Shown here in pieces: positions 28,001-38,029 of a stretch of DNA of 64,000 nucleotides; the stretch's first letter is position 1; the number at the start of each line of letters is the position of its first letter. Position numbers and translations under genes: made by a program. Origin of the DNA: Lama glama (taxonomy: Eukaryota). Below the pieces are notes generated by a model. It was not told where the DNA came from. It made no database searches and saw only the letters and a list, made by a program, of their open reading frames with translations. Where the stretch lies: the NCBI GenBank assembly GCA_028534125.1, contig CM052817.1, positions 52,020,001-52,084,000 of the forward strand, in the 5' to 3' direction.

Positions 28001-29899
28001 TTGGTGAGTAGGACCATTTACTTTACTTAACATGGGTGAGTAACTTACTTTCATGGTCTATATTGTTTTAAATAAGTTGATGTTGCAAACATAATGATGA
28101 TTATTATTCTTATTGCCTATGACGATGTGCATAGTGTATAACTAGCTCATAACTCTTTCATTTAGAATCAATGCCATATAAAAGGCATGTAAGTATAATT
28201 TGTTATAAGATTTAATATATGCTATTATCCAAACTCCAGAAATCTATCAACTCTGCTAATCAATCTGTAATAACAGTAACAGTATTTTCCTTTTATTATA
28301 TGTCATTTATAGTAATAATGCTTTCTTTTCATTATCTATCATATATACATAGAGACCAAGTATTTTCTCTTCAATCATAACTTTAAGTGATATAGTACAT
28401 TATTGACTACTTTATCACTTTATAATACAAAATCAGATGTACTCCATTTAAAAACACAATGAGAAATCAAATACTTATTAAAAAACCATGTTCTAGTATA
28501 TTTTAAATAAATAAATTTAAATAGTATGTTCACAGTTACAGAACAAGTTAACATTATGATGGGGGAGAAAAATTGACTTCACTACCAAGATTTCAAGAAG
28601 TTGATAATCTGAATAGAACTGAATATTTAAAGGTCATGGAAAATATTCTGACAGAATTTTACTTTTAATATACATTTAAAACTGATAAATAAAACATATG
28701 GATATAACACAAGCAGTCACTTTCTTCTCTTTTTGTTTGTTTGTTTTTTTAAGCCTCGCCTCCTTTTGTAGAAGAATGATTCATGAAATAATGAATAGCT
28801 GCATTTTGCGTCCCCATTAACCAAGACCATATCCTCCTCCATAAATGCAAATAAAACCATCTGTGGAATTCCTTGTAGGATGGTAGCCAGGAAATTTGTT
28901 GTACTGAATGGAGAAGGGAAAGGGATTGTTTAGGGTGACCCAAGGGTGTATAACTAGAAGTAATGGCATGAAATGAAGTAAAAAGAAAATCTAGGTTGAT
29001 CTTCAGATCGATGTCTTAAGTTCATTAGGCTACACGTCTCTCCCAAGGGAAATGGTGAAAGCCCCATTATTTCAGTCTCTTAAAATTAACCAGGCAGAAT
29101 ACTCTAGGACATAATGTAAAAAATAATCCTGTATTGTCAGTATCCAATGGAAGAGATGATCTAACAGGTCTTTTCCATCATTAATTTCCATGGGCATGAA
29201 CTAGTGATTGTGACTGCAATTAGCACTGTTTAAAGGAAAGTGCAATTTCAATACCACAACTAGTTTCCCTGGAGCTAAAAAGCCTGGACCTAATTCAAAG
29301 TAAAAACAAGGGGAGGACTGGAGCCAAACCAAACTATAATAAATATACTTAGAAGTGACAAAAGAAGGAAATTCTAATGTTGTCAGTTCTACTACACATG
29401 GCTGTTAAGCTTTTTCTTCTTCTTCTTTTTCTTTTACAAAGAAAATTTTGATGGCAGTCCCAGTATTGTTCTTTTTCATTCATGCATCATCTTGATTTAC
29501 TGATTTATTTTCAAGTTTGGGAATAATGAGTGTTTGGAGAATATAAGGTTTGACTCTCTAGTTAGTTACTTGAACTTTGTCCAGGACTTTATTCTTTCCA
29601 TTTGTATGTTATTTTATCAAGCAATTTCTAAAAGATTCAAAATGCACAATTAAAACAAAAGATTCAAAATGCACAAATGACTTCTCAGTGATGCCTGTAA
29701 AAGTAAACTGTCCAGAACAATGAAGTACAGGGTCTCTAACTCACCTGACACACTTAGTAGCTGTCCATGTGATAATTTTGTTAAAGTATTTAATTTTTCT
29801 TCAATTATCTGTGAATTATTTTTATTCTGTTTTTTATCATGCAGAAATGAGAGAAATGAAAAGAAACATCTCCGGTACTATTGACTGTCTGAAAAATAA

Positions 29900-30730
29900 T
29901 TTTCAAAATAAAAATATTTGATTGACACACTATATAGAAGTAAATACTTCAGAAAGGTAAAATGAATACTGAATTGTAAAGGAGTTTGCCAAAGAAAAGA
30001 GAACCATTTTCCTATTAGTAACTATAATCGTAGAAGTCAACTGAATGCTTGTGGAAAGGCAGAAAAGAACTTGCCTGATTGTACTTTTACTAAAAAGGAA
30101 CAGACTGGCCACATTTTTCCCTAATCCTTCAAAGAAAATAATTCTTATGTTTTTGAAATCCTTAGTCATTACTAAGACACAGACTCTGCCCTCAAAAAGT
30201 ACATAATCAAATGGACAGAAGGAAGTAAAAATATGTACTGAGTATAGCACCAATTACAATAAAATAGTTTAATAAATACAACTTTATGTGACAGAAAGAT
30301 TAATTTGCCTGACTGGTTCAAGGACAGAGCCATGGTTTGCTAATCTGTGAGTTGTGTGTGTGTGTGTGGTGAAGATATGAAGAGGTATTTCTACAAGTTG
30401 GGGCATACTAAACAATTACATGGAAAAAATGAAGTATATAATGTGTTTGGGGAATAACAGTTGTAAGTTGTATGTTGCCAAAAAGAGGAGTTTACAAATC
30501 AGTAGTAAGAAAAAAGATAAAACCAACAGACCAAGGATTCTGAATGTTATAGACTCCATTCATTAGCAATACAGAACCATTAAAACATGGTGTATTTGTT
30601 TGTTCATTTGTTTGTTTAGCTGGGGACTACCATAGTCAAATATATGTACTGCAAAGATACTTTGATGGACAGAATGGAAAGAAGAGGTTGCTGAAACCAT
30701 GGAGATCAGTTAAAAGGCTAATGCAACAAT
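29900..30730 (-). mobile_element. L2 fragments
   Basis: 'taagacacagactctgccctcaaaaagtacataatc' and 'ggagatcagttaaaaggctaatgcaacaatgcaa' are L2 motifs. Confidence 0.55.
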
Positions 30731-33582
30731 GCAAACGAAAGGGAGAGTATTCTTTTCCCAAAATTCCTTCCAATTCTCCCACACTCTTCCCCAACCCCCA
30801 ACAAAACTAGAAGATATTGCCAGATCTTGGATAAGAATGAGTCTTTCTATTATAATTCAGAGGAGATCAAATACAATTAAGCTGAAAGAGGTAACAGAAA
30901 ATTTATCCATGTCACTAATGGGAAGACCAACAGCACAATAACCTTGGCAGAATTACATACAACAACAACAGCAAGTTGAATTTGGAAAGGTTATCAAATG
31001 GAGGCAGAAACTACCCTGTAATCTAAGGTACTCAGTGTACAACTGGCCTAAGGATTTTCAGCAGCCCTTGTGAACTTAACAGGGCAAGAATGAGATCCAG
31101 TGCATCTGCTCAACTAGTATTAGCTTGGAAGAGCACAGGGGGTACTTTTACTAAAAGCAGCATCATTCATTATCAAAAAGGAGCACCTCAAAGATACCTC
31201 TGAAGGAAGAAAAATGTATTTTTCTATGATCACTTTTAGAAATGTCTTTTTTCAGGCATATTTTCTCTGATGGCAGGAACATGAGCTTAGCAACATGAAC
31301 AAGTCCCCTCATACAGATCACGTAGCCATGGGCACCTTTGACAGAACACTCTTTTAATCACTTTTGAAACCACCTCTATCATTGAGTACTACCTAGGTGT
31401 GAGCTTTTTTTTTTTTTTAAGTAGTTGCTCTACACATTGATGATTTATTTTAAACTTTTCAATTCCCCTTTATCACAAACTTTCCCACAGCCTATCACTA
31501 CAGAGTAACCTTTACTACAGGGGACACTTAGACCTTATCATTGAAGGTATTTTCATTCATCAGCTGCTTTTACAGCAACTGCTTCTGCAATTATTATAAG
31601 CAAGCTCCAGTATGCTTAATGCCACAAATCCTTTATGCAGCCTTTCTCTGTAGATACAAAAGGGAATGTATATTTTCCTAAAAGCGTTCTGGAATCTACT
31701 GGCACCTCATTCACCACAGATGATTTTAAATTCCAAGGTCATTAGAGAACATAGAAAAGAATAAATACAAAAGCTCTGACAAATTTCTCAACACTCACAT
31801 ATAAACTTCCTTTCGCTTACATTTATCTTTCTCTTCTTTGTCCCACTTTCATTAGAAAAGATGTTCTTCTATGTGCACGTGGAGGGTGTCAAGTATCACA
31901 AGGGACCCAGAGCTAAAAATGAGAAGAAAGAAGGGCACTTTCAAGAACAAACACTTCCAAATCATGGGGTAAAATTGGCACTCTCTGTGTCTCAGCTAAT
32001 AATGTTCCCTAACCATCTCTCTTGACATATGAATCTTTATGATATGAGAGGCAACTGAATTTAGAACAAGATTGTGAAATACTGCATTGGAGAAGGATAT
32101 TTCTTAAAAATTATATATATGTATGTATTTATATAATGTTTCCATTTGAAATGGATTTGTTGAACTTGAAAAAGGCATTATGATGTCTTTTTCCCCTTGT
32201 AATCCTTAGGTACTTAGGGAAATATAAGATATCCCAAGAATGCAAGTTATAACCTTCTTTGTTTATATTAACTTATATTCACATGCCTAGGGAACCTGAT
32301 TACTAAGGGATAGTGCTAATACCAACCTTAACAAAGCAGGAACTGGTTTCTTGTTTTTTTTTTTTTTTGACTATTTTATAGATAAGGAAAATGATCACTA
32401 GGTATTAAGCAACTTTTCAAAAGTGCCAAACTTGTCTGAATTCATAAAAATTTGCAGTAAACATTTTCAATAACTATGTTTAGCAACTATTTGTGTGTCT
32501 GCTTTATGTTCTATGCTTTGCATGTGTTTTCTTTACTTCTTCTGTGAAGTAGGTGTGATGATTCTATTTTTGCAGATAAGAAACTAAGGTTGAGTCTGAT
32601 TAATTCTGGTAATGAAGAGTAAGTCTAAGAAAGCCCTTAGCAGATTACCATCACTGACCTGGTCCCCATCACCATCAAGAGGAGGCTGCTGGCATGGCAG
32701 CAGGTCTTAGACATGATCTCAGTGACTGAGCAGTGAGGAAGGGACCCTCTTGTCATCCACCACTGAGTCCCTCCCAATTTTGGAAAACTAAGCCTGGCAC
32801 CAGAGGCAGAAGTGAAAGGCAGAGGAAGCAGCAGTTCAGCAGCCTTAAATTCATTACATTTCCAGTAGTATATACTGTAAATAATATTTAATATATAATC
32901 AAATGAGTAACACTATTAAAGTTATTTTTGTGCAGAAGACAGTCAAAAAGAAGGTAAATCAGGAAGCAACTTTGTGGTGGAGGAACTGGAAAAACTATGT
33001 AGTTTGATGATATTGAAGGGAATTAGGTACAACAGCAGTTGCTACCGATGGTGTTTCAGTTCAAGGCAGTTAACTATGCAGCAGATTACAACCATCATAG
33101 GTATCAACCACATCAAGTTATCACCACCACCACCAACATAGTGAGAATGAGGAAAAGGTGAATTCAAAGACTGGCCCTGGAAAGCAACCCAATAATGCCA
33201 TCCTTACTGCACACAGTGGTGATTGTCACCTTGCTAGATGTAAAGTCACTACAACCCTCAATCATGATATACTGAGCTTTCCTGGGCAGTGTTAGAGAGT
33301 GCTGGCAACCATGGTTAAGGTAGAGGAAGTCACCAGTTAGACACTAGGGTTAGGAACAAATACTGTGCAGAGGGCCTCTTTACCAATAACAGCCTGAAGA
33401 GGGCATCAATAAGGAGGATGAGTAAAATGAAGTAAATGAAACCCAAGAAAAACAGCCCCTTGATACCGGTATTGCTACATCTTCAATTACCTACCCAGTC
33501 ATCCAGAAAGCTAAGTTACAAGACAACAAAGAGCAGAAATGTCAAACACCTGAAAAGATTCTTAGCCCAGAAAACCCTTATC

Positions 33583-33747
33583 CCTTGCTACTCAAACTGT
33601 AATCCAGGGATGAGCAGCATCAACATCTCCTAGGACCTTGTTAGTGACACAAAAAGCTCAGGCTGCACCTCAGATCTACTAGTCAGAATCTGCATTTTAA
33701 CAAGGTTGCTAGATGTTATGTATACACATCAGGCTTAAGAAGCACTG
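33583..33747 (+). mobile_element. MER5A1 (hAT-Charlie) inserted in the YBX1 retrocopy
   Basis: 'ccttgctactcaaactgt...cagcatcaacatctcctagg...tcagaatctgcattttaacaag...aagaagcactg'. Decayed 8-bp TSD cccttatc/ccttaatt. Confidence 0.88.
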
Positions 33748-33933
33748 CCTTAATTCACAAGAGGGCAAAGAGAGATTGGCATCAGGTCCACCAGATGAGC
33801 AAAATACATCTGCTCTGAGGCTGGGCAAGGGATTGTTGATTAAATGCTGCCGTAGCAACTTGAACCTCATCCAGTTTTATTCAGCTAGAAGTAACTGACT
33901 TAAAATTACAGCAAAAAGATTTGAGCTAAAGGA

Positions 33934-35055
33934 GATAGAAACAGCTCAGATGTTAGAAAAATGTTTAAAAGCATAAATTTGTGAAGGTTATTATCTTTGA
34001 AACTTTTCAACTGATTTGATAAATCTGAAAACAAAATACAAAATAGTGATAATAAATACCGCATAAAGAAGGAAATTAATATCACTTGCCATCCAAAGAA
34101 AAAAGTACATGCAAATGAGGAGTCTTTTGGTTATTCTTGGGAACCAAATTTTCCATGTAGGAGACAGACTCTAAAGATGTGAGATTTAATATAGTAGATA
34201 AAAAGAAACAGACAAACATAAAATCCTGAATTTGAATTGGAAATATTGTTTTGAATTCATGATACATATCTTTAAAATGTAATATTCCTTAGATATAATA
34301 ACTAAATGCAATATATGATTGTGGAGTGGATCCCAGAATAGAAATAATTGCTATGCAAGACAAGTTAGAAAAACTGAATTGGCAAACATCAAATATGGGA
34401 TATATTTTAGAGAATATTATTTTATCATTATTTTAAATTTGATATTTCTAGTGTGGTTATCTACGATAATATTCCTATTCCTAAGAGATGTATGTTGAAT
34501 CTGGGAAATGTACAGAGTATGTTGCCGTATGTGAAAGCAAAGATGCTATCAAAGATAGCTAGAGTTGCATCATAGACTCTCTTGAAAATGTTCCCACAAG
34601 GTCAAAGGTGGAAAAATTTGAGTATTGACAATAATAACCACTGCAATGTATTGAAACATAATATGTCTAATTCCATGTATTTATCAAGGTACAAAAAACA
34701 TATTTTTAAATTCCCATTCATCACTTTTGGATATCTAGAACTAATATGCTGTTTAAAATCTGGTCAATGACATAAAAGAATCAGACATTTATCTTAACAA
34801 GTATACCACATATAACCAAAAAATTATTGAGATGTTTTTCTCTATGGAAATAACTGCAGCTAGTTAAAAAAGGAAAAAATAGAAAAATAGCATTTTTCAA
34901 ACTGCTAGTAAAATCCGAATTTTAGGCAATGATAACCAGTCACCCCTGGCATCATAAAAACAAGACCACTAGGTAATTTGTACCTCCTGATGGAAGTACA
35001 CAAACCATCTATGAAGCATCCCTGCCCAAAATACCTACCTGAATATGGTTCCAGT
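33934..35055 (+). mobile_element. L1MC/ME 3'UTR pieces inserted into the YBX1 retrocopy 3'UTR
   Basis: 'aaatcctgaatttgaattggaaatatt', 'actaaatgcaatatatgattgtggagtggatcccagaa' and 'tacctcctgatggaagtacaca..ccatctatgaag'. Confidence 0.7.
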
Positions 35056-35245
35056 TGAAAGAAAGGAAGGAAGAGAGGGAGGGAGGGAAGAAGGAAGGAA
35101 GGAAGGAAGAGAGGGAGGGAGGGAAAAAGGAAGGAAGGAAAGAAGGAAAGAAAAAGGAAGGAAGGGAAGGAAAGGAAAGGAAAAGAAAGGGAAGAAAACA
35201 GAGAGGAAGGAAGAGAGTGACAAGATGAACAAAAGAATAAAAATG
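35056..35245. repeat. GGAA/GGGA purine-rich low-complexity tract
   Basis: Seen directly. Lies at the end of the L1 insertion, probably an expanded tail. Confidence 0.95.
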
Positions 35246-35896
35246 AAAGCTTTTAAGTACTTGCTATGTGCTCATCTACTAGATAACTAGAACTGCTTGC
35301 ATTATCTGTGCAGCAGTTTCGTTGTTGTATTTACATAATAATGTCCTTTTTTGATAGCATTTTTCTTACATCTGGAGTTTTTTAAGGCACATTTAGATTT
35401 CCATGTTCTTATATTCAGTCAAGTTGCAATGTTTAAGGACTTGCTCTTTAATTTGCAATATAAGTTTAAAAATGATTTTCAAGTGTTAGGTAGTAAGCAC
35501 CTGGAAATAAAGGACTTAAATAACATCAACAACAATACCAACTCAAAATCAATATTGGGAGTATGAGAAGGATAATTTTCACAAATCTAGTCATTGAACT
35601 GAGGAAACACAAGCTAGGTCTTCAGAAATAGGAATGGCGAGGGAATTTTAGAATTAAAATAAAAAGTAGGTCAAACTTGGATGTTCAATATATATAAAAT
35701 ATAGCCCATTTACATATATTTGGTTGGAATTTTATACAGAGAAATGTTGCAAATAATAATGCTCTACTTTCATGATGTAACCAGCACCCAGATTAAGAAA
35801 CAAAATAATCAGCACCCTAGAAGCCCTTTTCCTGGGACTGATGAAAGGAAGAACCAAAAAACAGAAAATCAGTATGATGATGTTAGCTTTAGTATA

Positions 35897-35986
35897 GGAG
35901 AGAAAGAGAGAAAGAAAGGAGGAAAAGATTGAAGGAAGGAAGGATGGAAAGAAGGGAGAGATGGAGGGATGGAGGGAAAGGAAGAG
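35897..35986. repeat. GGAA/GGAT purine-rich low-complexity tract
   Basis: Seen directly, immediately upstream of the MAD1L1 retrocopy ATG. Confidence 0.9.
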
Positions 35987-35993
35987 CTGGGGC

Positions 35994-37087
35994 ATGGAAG
36001 ACGAGGTGGGGCGGAGAACACCACCGTCCTATTCTTTCTGAGGCCTTTGGATAACTTCATTTCTTAGAGTGGAGGGAGGGTCTGGACTAGATGTTTTCAC
36101 CTCTGCCGAAGGTTCCCTGCAGGTGCAGTATTAGCAGACGACGCAGCTGGAGGAATAAACAGAGCAGATCCACTCAGACTTGCCTTATCCATATGGAGCG
36201 AGAAGAGCAGGCGGAGCCAGGTCACAAGAGGGCTCACGTGGGGTTGGAGCCAGCAGCCAGCACCGGTGCCAGGGGCCACCAGCTCGAGGCAGACCACAAC
36301 CGGGAGCTCCTGACACGCGTTCAGCAGCCTCAGGAGCAGGATGCCGCGGTGGACGAGAAGATGAAAGAGCGGGTGGAGCGCAACAGACTGTGTAAGCAGA
36401 GCCTAACCAGCAAGAAACTGCAGGAGAACAGCCTGGTCGAAGCCAGTGAGATCGTCAGCGAGGATCTCAGAATTGCAGGTGAAGTGCCTGGAGTCTGAGA
36501 AGCTGAAGGAGCAGCTGGACTTGGCAGCACAACGAACAACAGGAAGAAAGGTTAGGAATTCCAAGCAGGCGAATTGAGAGCAGACTAGGAGCAGAGGATT
36601 AAGGATTTGGAGCAGAAGTTGTTCCTGAAGGAGCAGGACTGCGAGGAACAGGAAGTCTGGGCGCGCGGCTGCCCAAGATGGCGGGGAGCTGGCTGCGCCG
36701 AGGGAAGAGACGCCTCCCTGAGGGAGACGCGAGAGAGCAGCCGACAGGCTGCCCAGGGGAGAACCCGCGGGGCTGCAGGGAAGGCGGGGGCGTCAGGAGA
36801 AGATGCAGAAAAACCTGGTGGACCTGGAGGCCGCTGGCGAAGCTGCAGAGCCGGGCGAGACTGGACCAGACCACGGCCTTGAACGTTAGGATCCGCGGAG
36901 ACCTTTCCAGGTTCACTGCTGAGCTGCAGCAGGGGGAGCGTGCCCTGAGGGACGGGGGCGGCTCCGTGCCCAGCGGCGCCCGGGGCTGGAGAAGGCCAGG
37001 CAGCCGCTAGAGGAGGCCAGGTCAACGGCAGCTGCTGGAGGAGAGGAAGAAACGGGAGACCAGACGCCGGTCCTGCCGCTGATGGAG
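35994..37087 (+). pseudogene. MAD1L1: Processed pseudogene of MAD1L1 (MAD1 residues ~1-406, C-terminal part absent)
   Basis: Frame-hopping translation matches MAD1: MED..ENTTVLFFLRPLDNFIS*/VEGGSGLDV.TSAEGSLQVQY*Q; GHKRAHVGLEPAASTGARGHQLEADHNRELLTRVQQPQEQDAAVDEKMKERVERNRLCKQSL; EQRIKDLEQKLFLKEQD; LAKLQSRARLDQTTALNVR..GDLSRFTAELQQ; QLLEERKKRET..VLPLME. No introns, multiple stops and frameshifts. Confidence 0.96.
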
Positions 37088-37375
37088 GTGAGGAAGCCGG
37101 GGCTCAAAGAGGGTGACTTAGTCCGGGCTCATAGCAGGTGAGGAGCCGCATCGCGCCTCCATTCCTTTCCCAGACCCCGTGCCGCCTCCCTTGCGGGTGC
37201 ACTCAGGTCCCTCAGGTTCCCTGCCTTTGCCTCAGAGAGCGGCTGCCCTCCGCCTTCCCGCCTGCACTCGGGCGGGGCCTAGGCTGTGGAAGGGCTCGCT
37301 GCAGCTGCTCCGCTGCCACCCACTTCTGGCCGCCGTCACGTGAGTGCTTGGGAACAACAGAAGTGTTTCCCGCGA
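36650..37375. promoter_or_regulatory. CpG island-like GC peak over the 3' half of the MAD1L1 retrocopy and its downstream flank
   Basis: Dense CpGs (gcgcgcgg, cccgcgggg, cagcggcgcccgggg, gccgcatcgcgcc, a GGGCGGGG GC-box at ~37270) against a CpG-poor background. Regulatory function is not shown. Confidence 0.6.
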
Positions 37376-38029
37376 AACAGTATACAGGTCTATTTTTGAT
37401 GCTATGACTTAAAATTAGGAACTTGGAAAATGGTGTTAATTGTCTTTCCTCTCTAGCAATTAGAAGAATTGCAGCTCTCAGCGGCTGAAGGCAGGAAGGT
37501 GATCAGTGATGGGAGCAGGTGGCCAGATGTAGGACAGGGCTCTGCCCTGGGTTTGGACGGGTCTTGGAGACGCCCCTCTTCCTCCTTCAGGTCTTTGGAG
37601 TCGCCGGGGCTTGCTCCAGGGGTGGGTCTGGGTGACTCAGGGAGCTCCCGATTTTCTTTGCCCCTCAGATGCCCTCTAAGCTTTGTTCCTGCTCCTCCAC
37701 TGTTCAGAAGGCCTGCATACCTGTCTTCCAGAGCACACTGTGCAGGTCTTTTCTCAATCCCTGTCCTGACACCTTCCTCCACCACAGGTACAAGGCTAGG
37801 GCTGCATGAGCCGGCCGCACTGAGCTGTCATCAGCTCTTCCCAGCTGTTTTCTCCAGACTTGCTTGATTGAGCACTCATTTGTAAAAAAATTTACAGTAG
37901 GCATGCCAATATGTGTATATTCATTTTAAAAGTATATGTGTGCCCCATGGTCAGTAATTAAATATTAGCTAATTTAATATTGAATACATTTATTTTGAAA
38001 GTTTTTAAAAATAAGATTACACAAATCTA

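Larger units (their letters stand above)
32625..35525 (+). pseudogene. YBX1: Ancient processed pseudogene of YBX1 (5'UTR, CDS ~32726-33843, 3'UTR to polyA signal), interrupted by MER5A1 and L1
   Basis: Intronless, collinear similarity to YBX1 mRNA as remembered. 'ctgagcagtgagg' corresponds to ATGAGCAGCGAGG. 'ggtgtttcagttcaaggcagttaactatgcagcagattacaaccatcatag' encodes GVPVQGSKYAADRNHY. 'gagagtgctggcaaccatggt' corresponds to EGADNQG and 'cttcaattacc' to FNY. SQEGKE..GPPDEQNTSA corresponds to PQDGKE..DPPAENSSA, with a stop at 33841. The 3'UTR resumes at ~35250 ('tagataactagaactgcttgcattatctgtgcagca') and ends 'aagcacctggaaataaaggacttaaataa'. Many stops and frameshifts. Confidence 0.9.

Noticed and set aside
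29630..29676. 20-bp direct repeat (similar short tandem duplications at ~10120, ~13885, ~38965, ~60830)
   Set aside because: Two- to three-copy slippage duplications, common in mammalian DNA. No regular repeat-spacer array, so not CRISPR-like.
33890..33935. CR1/L3-like 3' motif
   Set aside because: Better explained as collinear YBX1 3'UTR ('aaattacagcaaaaagatttgagctaaag').
35035..35290. K/R/E/G-rich and F/L/P/S-rich ORFs
   Set aside because: Translations of the GGAA low-complexity tract.
36091..37904. Cluster of overlapping 60-146 aa ORFs on both strands as a novel gene or operon
   Set aside because: They are frame fragments of the disabled MAD1L1 retrocopy plus stop-poor GC-rich sequence. 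No single frame is intact.
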